Assembly (NCBI GenBank): GCA_001770205.1
Contig: MEQL01000061.1
Location: 62,001 to 126,000, forward strand
DNA from: Bdellovibrionales bacterium RIFOXYD12_FULL_39_22
GTDB lineage: Bacteria > Bdellovibrionota > Bacteriovoracia > Bacteriovoracales > Bacteriovoracaceae
Reading direction: 5' to 3'
Length of the DNA: 64,000 nt
Position numbers and translations under genes: made by a program. The notes beneath the pieces were generated by a model, which saw nothing but the letters and a program-made list of their open reading frames with translations, was not told the DNA's origin and did not search any database. Below are positions 54,818 through 64,000 of the stretch, in pieces. The first letter of the stretch is position 1, and each line of letters begins with the position of its first letter.

Positions 54818-55936
54818 CTATTGTATTTTTAGTGGCATAACGATACTTAAAAAATGTGGCAAAGAAGCCGATCGAACAAGGAATGGCGTTAATTTATTAT
54901 TAAATTCAACCGAAATATCTCCATCTTCGTATGTGGTTATGGTTTCCATTAAATATTTAGCATTAAATCCAATTTCTGTTTCTTCTCCGTTGTATTCAAC
55001 ACTTACTTTTTCACTGGCCTTCCCGTAAAGTGGATGATTGGCAGAAATAACCATTTCATTGTTCCAAAACTTCAAAATAACTCCATTTATTTTTTCATTG
55101 GACATTATTTTGACTCTCTTGATGGCGTTTAAAAGAGATATTTTATCAACTATTAACCCGTGTGCTGTTTTGCTTGGAATTAATGTTTGATATTTTGGAA
55201 AATCACGAGCAATAAGGCGAATAGAAATAAAGTATTTATTTAATACGTTCGTGTATAAAAACGAATCATCAATGGATATATTAATTGTCTCATTGCGAAA
55301 ACTATCTGTTATTTTTTTTAATTCAAAAACGCCTTTTCTTGGAATAATTATTCCGTTTATTAATGAGTCGTTATTTGTTTCGGTTATCTCTGCTTCTATT
55401 AACGATAGACGACATCCGTCAGTGGCCACTGCGCGTAATTTTGAATCAATTTCTTGTATAAAAAGGCCTGTTAATGCTGGCCTGGTTTCATCTATCGAAA
55501 TAGCATGTGATGTTCTATTTATTATTTCTGAGAGTTGGTCGGTATTAACAGTAAAGCCATTTTTGCTATTTTCAAAATTTATTACTGGAAAATCGTTACT
55601 GCTGTTAATAAGTAAAGAGTATTGAATATTATTTCCAGATATTTTTAATACTTTTTCTTCTATATTTGATTCTAGTTGTATTGAGTTGTCTGGAAACTCT
55701 CTTATTATATCGAATATATTTTTAGTATTTACACAAAAAACACCATCATTTTCCACATTTGCACTTATTATTATCTTAACCGATACCTCAAGATCGGTTG
55801 CGATTAGTTCAAGTTGTCTGTTTTTTGCGATTAGAAGGTTTAATGTTAGGATTGGACGAGAATTTTTTCGGTCAATCACGGATAATATCTTTCCAAGAGC
55901 ATCACGAAATTCTTCCGTTGAAACATTAGCAATCAT
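54818..55936 (-). CDS. dnaN: DNA polymerase III beta clamp
   Basis: ATDLE, ATDGCRL, IIPRK, GFNAKY, VMP. Confidence 0.96.
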   Translation of the reverse strand: MIANVSTEEFRDALGKILSVIDRKNSRPILTLNLLIAKNRQLELIATDLEVSVKIIISANVENDGVFCVNTKNIFDIIREFPDNSIQLESNIEEKVLKISGNNIQYSLLINSSNDFPVINFENSKNGFTVNTDQLSEIINRTSHAISIDETRPALTGLFIQEIDSKLRAVATDGCRLSLIEAEITETNNDSLINGIIIPRKGVFELKKITDSFRNETINISIDDSFLYTNVLNKYFISIRLIARDFPKYQTLIPSKTAHGLIVDKISLLNAIKRVKIMSNEKINGVILKFWNNEMVISANHPLYGKASEKVSVEYNGEETEIGFNAKYLMETITTYEDGDISVEFNNKLTPFLVRSASLPHFLSIVMPLKIQ

Positions 55937-55974
55937 TAAATGACTTCCATTTTTTTAGTAAAACAAAGTATAAC

Positions 55975-56325
55975 AAAGCTTTTAATATATATAATATATA
56001 ATTAATAAATATAATAATAAATAGATGTGGATATGTTAATTACTAATTTCTGTCCTAATTATAACACGTTAATAAAGCAATAAAATGTGTTTATATGAGT
56101 AATTTTATAAAAATTCTTCCCTTTATACGCATATTCTTTTTTTACTAAGATTTTTTTTATTTTTATTAACACCTTCTCCACATAGTTATTAACATTATTT
56201 TTAAACAGCACCTTTCACATAAGAAAAACGTAATTTTTTTAATTTTTATCCACAAAGTTATTAACATGTTAATAACTTTTTTCCACATTTCTTATTATTC
56301 CACATTTTTATTTATCCACAATGTT
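55975..56325. other. Chromosomal replication origin (oriC)
   Basis: dnaA-dnaN intergenic region; perfect DnaA boxes TTATCCACA at 56246-56254 and 56312-56320, near-matches at 56026, 56174, 56279, 56296; A/T-only stretch at about 55980-56023. Confidence 0.88.
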
Positions 56326-56418
56326 TATAATGTTCAATATTCTTATTAATATACCGTTTTTATTAGATAAAAACATAATCGCAAAATGTGTATTTTTTGT
56401 GGGAAAGTGGAATAATTC

Positions 56419-58020
56419 TTATAGCGTATTTTCAATCAAAGATACTTCTTTAGAAGTAGCTCCGTTTGTACTGATTAGTTCTTTCACTTTTCGAATAGCA
56501 TGAATAATTGATGTATGATCACGGCCACCATAAAAGGCACCAATTTCTTGCAAGGTGGCGCCAATTATCTTATGAGACAAATACATGGCGACATGGCGCG
56601 CCATAGTAATTTCTTTGCTACGTGTTTTTGACTTTAAATCTGCAACATGAACTTTATAGTGTGATGCACAGGCCTTAGAAATTGTATCAAGTGAATGTTT
56701 TTTTTGTTCGCCATTGCTATTTATGGCCAATAACTCTTTAACAATATCTGCGTCTATTTCAACATTCATCACGTCTGAGTACGCGGAAAGTTTTACAAGC
56801 GCTCCCTCTAGTTCGCGAATACTATCTCTAGTATGCTGGGCAATTAGCTGGAAAAGATCATCGTGTATAAAGAGATCAATTTCATAGGCCTTCTTTTTTA
56901 AAATAGCAATTCTAGTCTCTAAATCAGGCTTTTGAATATCAATAACCAGTCCCCACTGAAGCCTAGTTTTAATTCGCTCTTCAATACCGTCAATTTCTTT
57001 TGGTGTCTTATCTGAAGTAAAAATTAACTGCTTCCCTTTAATATAGAGTTCATTAAAGATATGGAAGAATTCATTTTGTGTTCCCTTTTTATTTTTTAAT
57101 TCATGAATATCATCAATCATTAAAACGTCGACTTTTTCTGAATATTTTTTTTGAAAAGAAGTTATGTCATTGCGCAAAGTTGCCGCAACCATTTCATTTT
57201 GAAAATCGCGAGCGGTTATTAAACAAATAGTCAAAGAGGGAAAGTTTTCTTGGATACCGTTAGCAACAGCGTGCAACAGATGTGTTTTTCCTAGGCCCGA
57301 ATCGCTATATATATATAATGATGGATATTTGCCGGCCTTTCCTGGACTTCCAGATATGGCACGAGCTGTGGCGTATGCTAAATTATTTGAAGGGCCGATA
57401 ATAAAGCTATCAAAAGTTTTTTTCTTATCAATAACGACACCCAGGTCAGAAGGCCGCAAATGTTCTAGGTATTTGGATTCAACTTTTAAATTTAAATCAT
57501 CTTTTGTTGGCACTAATGTTTTTGGTAGAGAAAACTTAACTTCTTTAGCTTGTTTTGGTCTGTCTAATTCACCTTTTTTTTCTTGCAGGGAATGAAGAAT
57601 ATTATCCTGATTAGAACTAGGGGAGGAATTGGTCTTGGCGACAGAAATACTGAAGGCAAACTCTTTTCCCAAAGTACCAATAATTGCCTCATTAATATTA
57701 GGCATATAATGGCGCTCTAAAATTGTCTTAATAAAAGGAGTTGGAACGGAAAACTCTATTCTTCCACTTCGAATTGTTTTTAAAGAAAAATTATTATCAA
57801 AATATGCAGAAAATTTTTGAGATGAAACTGAATTTTTAAGATGCGATAAAATATTCCGACTAATTTCTTCTGCTTCATGGGCCAGCATTGATTCTTCCGC
57901 AGTATTTTCTGTCTTCTTGGCGGCGGAAGTTTCCTTGATAATGGTGTTGGCAAGATCTAATGTTTTAAGGTTTTTCGCAGATGAATTTAAAAAAAGCTCA
58001 AAAGGAAAATCTTGACTCAT
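56419..58020 (-). CDS. dnaA: Chromosomal replication initiator DnaA
   Basis: TFDSFIIG, SGLGKTHL, IDDI, RELEGAL, GGRDHTS; ATG 58020 preferred over TTG 58047. Confidence 0.97.
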   Translation of the reverse strand: MSQDFPFELFLNSSAKNLKTLDLANTIIKETSAAKKTENTAEESMLAHEAEEISRNILSHLKNSVSSQKFSAYFDNNFSLKTIRSGRIEFSVPTPFIKTILERHYMPNINEAIIGTLGKEFAFSISVAKTNSSPSSNQDNILHSLQEKKGELDRPKQAKEVKFSLPKTLVPTKDDLNLKVESKYLEHLRPSDLGVVIDKKKTFDSFIIGPSNNLAYATARAISGSPGKAGKYPSLYIYSDSGLGKTHLLHAVANGIQENFPSLTICLITARDFQNEMVAATLRNDITSFQKKYSEKVDVLMIDDIHELKNKKGTQNEFFHIFNELYIKGKQLIFTSDKTPKEIDGIEERIKTRLQWGLVIDIQKPDLETRIAILKKKAYEIDLFIHDDLFQLIAQHTRDSIRELEGALVKLSAYSDVMNVEIDADIVKELLAINSNGEQKKHSLDTISKACASHYKVHVADLKSKTRSKEITMARHVAMYLSHKIIGATLQEIGAFYGGRDHTSIIHAIRKVKELISTNGATSKEVSLIENTL

Positions 58021-58235
58021 AATTAGTATTATCCAGATTTTTTGCAATTAGTTTTGCGGGGGCCATTATGTAGCATTAAGATTAATTCTTAGCAACAATA
58101 CTTTAAGTCTTTTAAAATTATTTTTTATCATGCTTTCATAATTTTCAATATTGACCTTTTCTCTTTTGCTTTGTAGAAGGGTTAGTTACTTCTATTTAGT
58201 GAAAATATTATAATTTTTTCAATAAGGATTGAATT

Positions 58236-58388
58236 ATGAGCAAAAGAACATGGCAGCCCAAAAAGGCCAAGCGTGCTAAAGTACATGGTTTTTTAAAGAG
58301 AATGTCTACTGTTGGTGGCAGAAATGTTATCAAGAGCAGGCGGGCCAAGGGCAGAAAAAGATTGGCGATTGAAGTTTCTGGAAAATAA
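58236..58388 (+). CDS. rpmH: 50S ribosomal protein L34 (not in the ORF track)
   Basis: Manual translation [58 protein letters not shown]. Confidence 0.97.
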   Translation: MSKRTWQPKKAKRAKVHGFLKRMSTVGGRNVIKSRRAKGRKRLAIEVSGK

Positions 58389-58761
58389 GGCAACAAAAAC
58401 AAACTGTTATTTGAAAAAGTATCGGCTTTTATCAAAAGCTGATTTTGACTTTATGAAAGCCGATGCGCAGCGGTCTGATTTTTTTTCAATGAGAGTTTAT
58501 TATAAAAAAGGATTAAGTGCCAACGGTTGCACCAGAATTGGCATTAGTGTTTCAAAAAGAGTTGGAAACGCAGTGAAGCGAAATCGAATAAAAAGGTTGA
58601 TACGTGAATTTTTTAGGAAATCTTCCCAAAAAATGAATGGATATGATTTGTTGTTTTCTGTATCCAATAAAATTATGAACTATTCGGCGGAAAAACGAGA
58701 GCAATTTTTGCAACGGGATTTTATTTCTTTTTTTAATTCTTTTTTGAGGAGAATAGAGTGA
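58369..58761 (+). CDS. rnpA: Ribonuclease P protein component (start uncertain: TTG 58369 or 58411)
   Basis: [28 protein letters not shown] motif; follows rpmH. Confidence 0.92.
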   Translation: MKFLENKATKTNCYLKKYRLLSKADFDFMKADAQRSDFFSMRVYYKKGLSANGCTRIGISVSKRVGNAVKRNRIKRLIREFFRKSSQKMNGYDLLFSVSNKIMNYSAEKREQFLQRDFISFFNSFLRRIE

Positions 58762-58994
58762 TCGCTCGGCCAATTATTTGGTTGATTCGTGTATATCAAT
58801 TCTTAATTTCTCCGCTTTTGGGAAATCGTTGTCGTTTTTATCCTTCCTGCTCACATTATGCGGCTGAGGCATTTTCAGAACTTAATATTTTTTTTGCTAT
58901 CAAATTAGTACTAATTCGTCTTTCTAAATGTCACCCTTTTCATCCAGGCGGATTTGACCCCATACCAGTTACTACAGGAAAAAAACATGAATGA
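58758..58994 (+). CDS. yidD: Membrane protein insertion efficiency factor
   Basis: CRFYPSCS, KCHPFHPGGFDP. Confidence 0.95.
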   Translation: MIARPIIWLIRVYQFLISPLLGNRCRFYPSCSHYAAEAFSELNIFFAIKLVLIRLSKCHPFHPGGFDPIPVTTGKKHE

Positions 58995-60474
58995 TCAAAA
59001 AAGAACCTTTTTAGCAATTGCTTTATCTGCGCTAGTTATTTTTGCTTGGCAATATTATTTTACATCGACAACACCAGCTTCAAGCGAGTCCGCTAGTAAG
59101 CAGACTGTTTCCAAAGATATTGATACAACAATGATTCCTGTTAAAGATGACTCTTCAAAGTCACCTTTACCGGCAGAGGAGGCAGTAGCTGGTGCTTCTC
59201 TGGTGGTTAGTGATTTTGTTGTAGCAGGTGATAGAGTTAATTTTCTTTTTGCTTCTGATTTTTCTATTTTGCGAGTAGATGGAAGAGAGGATCCTAAGCA
59301 AACGTTTTCTGAAATTGTAGTTTCTAAAAATCCCTTTCTTCGGATTTCGGTTATAGAAGGAGATAAAGTTCGTCCCTTAAATTTGACCATTCTTTCTAAA
59401 GATAATTCATCTTATTTGCTGACTGATTCTTCGCTGGGTGTAAAAGTTTCTTTAAATTTTGATAAAAAAGATAAGCTACAGTATGTAATTGACTCTGCTC
59501 GGCCATATCAATATCAGATCGAAATGAATGCGAAAGAGACAGCAGAGAATCCCACCCAGCAGTTTTCTACCTATCTTTATAACGGTGCAAGTGTCGAGAG
59601 AATTGTTATTGGCAAGGACGATGTCGAGAGCGAAGAGCCAATTAGATGGGTGGGGATTGATTACAATTATCAACTTCTTTCCATGGTTTTTGTGGATAAA
59701 ATTTCGGCAAAAGTTAATATCGCCAAGGAAGGGCCAGCAATTATTCGATTGTTGGAAGCAAAAAACAATCTCAGCGGCTTCTTTGTTTATAAGCGAAAAG
59801 ATTATGACGATTTAAAAGCGCTTGGAGGCCAATTACATTTGGCAGTTGATTTTGGAATTTTTGGAATCGTGGCAGTTCCTATTTTAAAGGGACTTAAGTT
59901 TTTTTATAAAATTTTCCCTAACTTTGGTGTGGCAATAATTTTAATGACGATTTTGATTAAGATTATAACCTTTCCTCTTCAATATAAGTCTTATCAAAGC
60001 ATGAAGAAAATGCAGCAAATTCAACCTGAATTGAATAAGTTAAAGGAAAAATATAAAGATGATGCCCAAGCAATTCAGCGTGAAACGATGGCGCTTTTTA
60101 AGCGGGCGGGCGCAAATCCTATGGGGGGTTGTTTGCCAATTTTGGCACAATTTCCAGTTCTCATTGCATTTTATAAGGTTTTATCCGCCGCAGTTGAATT
60201 AGTTAATGCTCCTTTTTATGGATGGATCCATGATTTGAGCGTTAAAGATCCTTACTATATATATCCAATTGCCATGACGCTTTCGATGGTTATACAACAG
60301 AAATTTACCCCTCAATCAACCACTGATGAGACACAAAAAAAGATTATGATGTTTATGCCATTTTTTGTTGGCTTTATAATGAAGGATCTGGCGGCCGGGC
60401 TGGTAATTTATATGTTTGTTTCCACATTATTGGGGATGATTCAGCAATATTGGCAGATGAAGATGGCGGATTAG
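58987..60474 (+). CDS. yidC: Membrane protein insertase YidC
   Basis: N-terminal TM, NFGVAII, NPMGGCLP, WIHDLS.KDP; ATG 58987 preferred. Confidence 0.96.
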   Translation: MNDQKRTFLAIALSALVIFAWQYYFTSTTPASSESASKQTVSKDIDTTMIPVKDDSSKSPLPAEEAVAGASLVVSDFVVAGDRVNFLFASDFSILRVDGREDPKQTFSEIVVSKNPFLRISVIEGDKVRPLNLTILSKDNSSYLLTDSSLGVKVSLNFDKKDKLQYVIDSARPYQYQIEMNAKETAENPTQQFSTYLYNGASVERIVIGKDDVESEEPIRWVGIDYNYQLLSMVFVDKISAKVNIAKEGPAIIRLLEAKNNLSGFFVYKRKDYDDLKALGGQLHLAVDFGIFGIVAVPILKGLKFFYKIFPNFGVAIILMTILIKIITFPLQYKSYQSMKKMQQIQPELNKLKEKYKDDAQAIQRETMALFKRAGANPMGGCLPILAQFPVLIAFYKVLSAAVELVNAPFYGWIHDLSVKDPYYIYPIAMTLSMVIQQKFTPQSTTDETQKKIMMFMPFFVGFIMKDLAAGLVIYMFVSTLLGMIQQYWQMKMAD

Positions 60475-60484
60475 TTATTTATGT

Positions 60485-61933
60485 ATGAATAGTTTTATTG
60501 ATCCGATTATTGCGTGTGCTACCGGTCTGGGGACTAGGTCGGCAATAGCGATTATTCGGATAAGTGGTTTTGCTAAAATCGATCTTTTTTTTAATTATTT
60601 TTCAAAAAATTTTACTTTGATTGCTCCACGAATTTCAACATTAGTTGATCTGTTAGATAATGGTGAAATTTTAGATAATGTGCTGGCAACTTATTTTCCT
60701 GCCCCACATAGTTATACGGGCGAAAACATTTTAGAGATTTCGACTCACGGTAATCCAATCATTGTTAATCGTGTAATTAATTTATTTATTACTCAAAAAT
60801 TAGCTCGGCAGGCAACTGCCGGGGAATTTACTTCGCGAGCTCTCGCAAATAAGAAATTGACACTTAACCAGGTAGAGGGCCTCGAGCTGTTGCTTAATGG
60901 CAGAAATGAGTTAATGTGCACTCAGGGCCAACGGGCATTGCGCGGAGAATTGTCTTTAGAGTATGAAAGGCTTTATGATGATTTTAAAAATATTAAAATG
61001 GCAGTAGAGCTATCAATTGATTTTTTGGAGGACGTGGGTGAACAGGCGGCGACACATAATTTGGATTTATATATTAAACGCTACTTGTCAAATTTATTAC
61101 TTCTTTATAATCGAGCTAATTTTTTAAAAGGAAGCTTTTATTCGCCGCAGATTGTACTTATTGGAGAAACTAATGCTGGAAAGAGCTCTCTTTTTAATAA
61201 TATTTTAGCGCAGAATCGATCTATAGTTTCTCAAGAACGAGGAACTACCAGAGACTATATTTCTGAAGTTGTTACTATTGGAGAGGCAGATTTTGTACTA
61301 ATTGATACCGCCGGATTTCGAGATGAGATTAATAGTGCTGTTGAGCGGGAGGGGGTTAATCGTTCTGACTTATTATTTTCCTCCGCCTATTTTAAAGTAT
61401 TGGTAATTAATCCCACAGAGGTATTAGACCATAAGAATAAAATATATTTGCAAAACTATGATTTAATTGTTTTCACTCATGCGGACCTGCCAAATTTTGT
61501 TGATAATATTCAGGCGCTTAATTTAAATGTGCGTGCTAAAAATGCTATTTATCTGACGAATTCAAGCAATGCTGGTTCTATAGGACCAAAAACTATATCT
61601 GGTTCTATAGGACCAAAAATTTTGCATAAGGGTTTTGGTCCTATAGAACCGGCCATTAATCCTGCAGAGACTATAAAGCAGAGTGTTTTACAGAAGTATC
61701 GAGACGATATTGCAAAAAATCCGATCATAATTACTCGTCATCAGGAAGTCATTAATCGAGTTTTTGATTTGTCTGAGCATTTTTTGTCGGACTCACAACT
61801 TTTATCTTCTGATATCTCTATTCTAGCTTCTAATTTAGCGTTGATTGAGAAGGAGATTGCTAGTTTAATTGGAATTATTACAGTCGATGATCTTCTTTCT
61901 TCTATTTTTTCGAATTTTTGTATAGGTAAGTAG
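60485..61933 (+). CDS. mnmE: tRNA modification GTPase MnmE
   Basis: IIRISG, SYTGEN, GETNAGKSS, GTTRD, DTAG, C-terminal FCIGK. Confidence 0.95.
   Translation: MNSFIDPIIACATGLGTRSAIAIIRISGFAKIDLFFNYFSKNFTLIAPRISTLVDLLDNGEILDNVLATYFPAPHSYTGENILEISTHGNPIIVNRVINLFITQKLARQATAGEFTSRALANKKLTLNQVEGLELLLNGRNELMCTQGQRALRGELSLEYERLYDDFKNIKMAVELSIDFLEDVGEQAATHNLDLYIKRYLSNLLLLYNRANFLKGSFYSPQIVLIGETNAGKSSLFNNILAQNRSIVSQERGTTRDYISEVVTIGEADFVLIDTAGFRDEINSAVEREGVNRSDLLFSSAYFKVLVINPTEVLDHKNKIYLQNYDLIVFTHADLPNFVDNIQALNLNVRAKNAIYLTNSSNAGSIGPKTISGSIGPKILHKGFGPIEPAINPAETIKQSVLQKYRDDIAKNPIIITRHQEVINRVFDLSEHFLSDSQLLSSDISILASNLALIEKEIASLIGIITVDDLLSSIFSNFCIGK
61572..61651. repeat. Three copies of a near-palindromic 16-mer inside mnmE (two direct, one inverted)
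   Basis: CTGGTTCTATAGGACCAAAAA at 61572-61592 and 61599-61619; inverted TTTTGGTCCTATAGAACC at 61633-61650. Confidence 0.95.
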
Positions 61934-61937
61934 ACCT

Positions 61938-63800
61938 ATGAATTTTGATGACTCTTTTGACATTGCTGTTGTTGGTGCGGGCCATGCCGGAATTGAGGTG
62001 GCTTGGATTGCGGCGCAGTTAAATATGCGCGTGGCACTTTTTTGTCTTCCCGATGTTGCTATTGCCTCTATGCCTTGCAATCCTTCTATCGGTGGCGTTG
62101 GAAAGGGCCAGATTGTTCGCGAGTTAGACGCTTTAGGCGGGTTGATGGGAGTTTTGGCAGATAGATGTGCTATTCAATATCGTACTCTTAACGAGTCTAA
62201 GGGGCCGGCAGTTAAATCTACTCGCTGTCAAGTCGATAAGGAGAAATATTCTGCACTGGCCGAGCAGTTTTTGGCACAGTCATCAAATATTAGAATTTTA
62301 AAACTCAAAGTTTCTCTCATTTCTCGTCAATGTACTGATAATTATTTTATTATTTCTTCAGATGATCGGACTTTTTTGAGTCGTACATTGGTTATCACCG
62401 CAGGTACATTTTTGGATGGCAAAATACATATTGGCGCAGATAAGTTTTTGGGTGGAAGAAATATGCATGATTCGGCGCCTGCTCTAAATGATCTCTTCAA
62501 TAACGTGCCGTTTGTTAAAAAGCGCTTTAAGACAGGAACTCCTGCAAGGCTTGTTAAGTCGACTATTAATTTTTCAAACTTAGAAGAGCAGATTTCTGAT
62601 CCCAAGACTCGTTGTTTTCACCACCAAAATGCAAATGGTGAGCGTTTTTTGCGCCAAACTAGTTGTTTTTTGGCACATACAAATGATGTGACACTTCAAA
62701 TAATTAGATCAAATCGTGAACGTTCGCCCCTTTTTAATGGACAAATTTCAGGCGTGGGGCCGCGCTATTGTCCCAGTATTGAAGACAAGGCATTTCGTTA
62801 CCCAGATCGTAATACTCATCATGTTTTTTTAGAACCAGAAGGACTTGAACTGGATACAATTTATCCTAATGGTCTCTCCACTTCTCTACCTAAAGATGTT
62901 CAACAAGCTTTTATAAATTCTATTGTTGGGTTGGAAGAGGCGATGATCGCAAATTATGGATATGCAGTCGAATATGATGTAATTGATACAACTTTTTTGC
63001 ATCCAACTTTAGAACATTCACAGATTCCAAATCTTTTTTTTGCTGGACAGGTTAATGGTACCTCTGGTTATGAGGAAGCAGCAGCACAGGGGATTGTTGC
63101 GGGAATTAATGCCGCTTTTAAGTTGTTGGGTTTTGCCCCTTTTGTTTTACTCAGATCAGAATCATACATTGGTGTTTTGGTAGATGATCTTGTTTCGCGC
63201 AATGTTGACGAACCTTATCGGTTATTCACGGCGCGAGCAGAGAATAGACTTTTTATTCGCGAAGACAATGTCGTTTTGCGCATGGCCAAGTATCGAAAAC
63301 TATTGGGTTTGTCCGCAGAAATTGATTTTTATCATGAGAAATTTGTTAATAATTTTGATATATTATTTCAAGTTGTATCAAGTTTTACCTATCGCCCGTC
63401 ATTGCAAATTAAAGAGAGATTTATTAGATTTAATTATGGAGAGATTTTTGAGAATTTAACCATGGCAGAGCTTTTGCGCCGCAGCAATCTTGATCCGGTC
63501 TCAGTTCTTGGTTTTGAGTTGGTAGAAAATGGGATTTTTTTTCATTCAGATGTTGTTGCTGCTGTGGCAACTACAATTAAGTATGAGGGTTATATTGCGC
63601 GTAATTTTGTCGAGAATATGCGCTTTGACAATATTTTGCGTAAAAAAATTAATTGGCAGCAGCTAATGTTATCAAATAATATTTCAAATGAGTGTAAGCA
63701 GCGTATTGGACAAGAGCGGCCTGAAACTTTTTTGCATCTTACAAAGATTAATGGCATTCGTCCGGCAACATTAGCTTATGTGGCGGGGACATATTGTTAA
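61938..63800 (+). CDS. mnmG: tRNA uridine-5-carboxymethylaminomethyl modification enzyme
   Basis: VGAGHAG, MPCNPSIGG, FKTGTPAR, GPRYCPSIEDK, GYEEAAAQG. Confidence 0.98.
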   Translation: MNFDDSFDIAVVGAGHAGIEVAWIAAQLNMRVALFCLPDVAIASMPCNPSIGGVGKGQIVRELDALGGLMGVLADRCAIQYRTLNESKGPAVKSTRCQVDKEKYSALAEQFLAQSSNIRILKLKVSLISRQCTDNYFIISSDDRTFLSRTLVITAGTFLDGKIHIGADKFLGGRNMHDSAPALNDLFNNVPFVKKRFKTGTPARLVKSTINFSNLEEQISDPKTRCFHHQNANGERFLRQTSCFLAHTNDVTLQIIRSNRERSPLFNGQISGVGPRYCPSIEDKAFRYPDRNTHHVFLEPEGLELDTIYPNGLSTSLPKDVQQAFINSIVGLEEAMIANYGYAVEYDVIDTTFLHPTLEHSQIPNLFFAGQVNGTSGYEEAAAQGIVAGINAAFKLLGFAPFVLLRSESYIGVLVDDLVSRNVDEPYRLFTARAENRLFIREDNVVLRMAKYRKLLGLSAEIDFYHEKFVNNFDILFQVVSSFTYRPSLQIKERFIRFNYGEIFENLTMAELLRRSNLDPVSVLGFELVENGIFFHSDVVAAVATTIKYEGYIARNFVENMRFDNILRKKINWQQLMLSNNISNECKQRIGQERPETFLHLTKINGIRPATLAYVAGTYC

Positions 63801-63801
63801 T

Positions 63802-64000
63802 ATGGATATTCGAGAATTTTCTGATTTATATAATGATTTTCTTTTTTTGGGGCCATTAGCAGGAATTAATCTCACGGCAATTTCTGGAAAGGATGATTTT
63901 TTTTCACGTCAAATTATAGATTCTGTTTTACCCTTTGAGAAAAGTAACATTATAACTACACTTCTTTTAAGCGGAGAATACGCCGTAGTTGATATTGGCT
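63802..64000 (+). CDS. rsmG: 16S rRNA m7G527 methyltransferase, truncated by the window end
   Basis: Manual translation MDIREF...GINLTAI...QIIDSVLP...VVDIG; directly after mnmG. Confidence 0.85.
   Translation, partial: MDIREFSDLYNDFLFLGPLAGINLTAISGKDDFFSRQIIDSVLPFEKSNIITTLLLSGEYAVVDIG

Noticed and set aside
58208..58435. Minus-strand 75-aa ORF and the long rnpA start at 58312
   Set aside because: Both overlap the clear rpmH gene at 58236-58388
61572..61651. mnmE repeats as a CRISPR array or a simple protein repeat
   Set aside because: Spacers are only 6 and about 13 bp, one copy is inverted, the repeats are in frame within a core gene and no cas genes are present; the inversion argues against a peptide-level repeat

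Overview
AT-rich bacterial chromosome segment that spans the replication origin. Gene order and content (dnaA-oriC-dnaN-recF-gyrB-gyrA-TPR-F0 atp genes, rpmH-rnpA-yidD-yidC-mnmE-mnmG-rsmG, three 277-aa flagellins, orphan secreted proteins) suggest a Bdellovibrionota, probably a Bacteriovorax-like organism; this is an inference. The left part holds a CHASE2 kinase/sigma54 regulator pair with lspA-lgt-pduO, rapA, a hybrid kinase, a kexin-like protease with a partner gene, a three-gene xanthine-dehydrogenase-family cluster, rnj, prmA/rsmE, the flagellins, lpxH, mltG, rho, prfA/prmC and murA. Three orphan secreted proteins and tRNA-Arg(ACG) follow. I found no CRISPR array, rRNA or mobile element. 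Most notable observations: (1) three copies, two direct and one inverted, of the 16-bp near-palindrome TGGTTCTATAGGACCA lie in frame inside mnmE about 5 kb from oriC, a candidate new-specificity parS centromere; (2) the kexin-like protease has no propeptide, and the overlapping downstream gene looks like a free-standing propeptide; (3) the Mo-hydroxylase flavoprotein carries a whole GltD/NfnL-like module inserted in its Fe-S loop; (4) GGCC is strongly over-represented; (5) a FliA-like promoter motif is shared by the flagellins and, more weakly, the orphan secreted genes.
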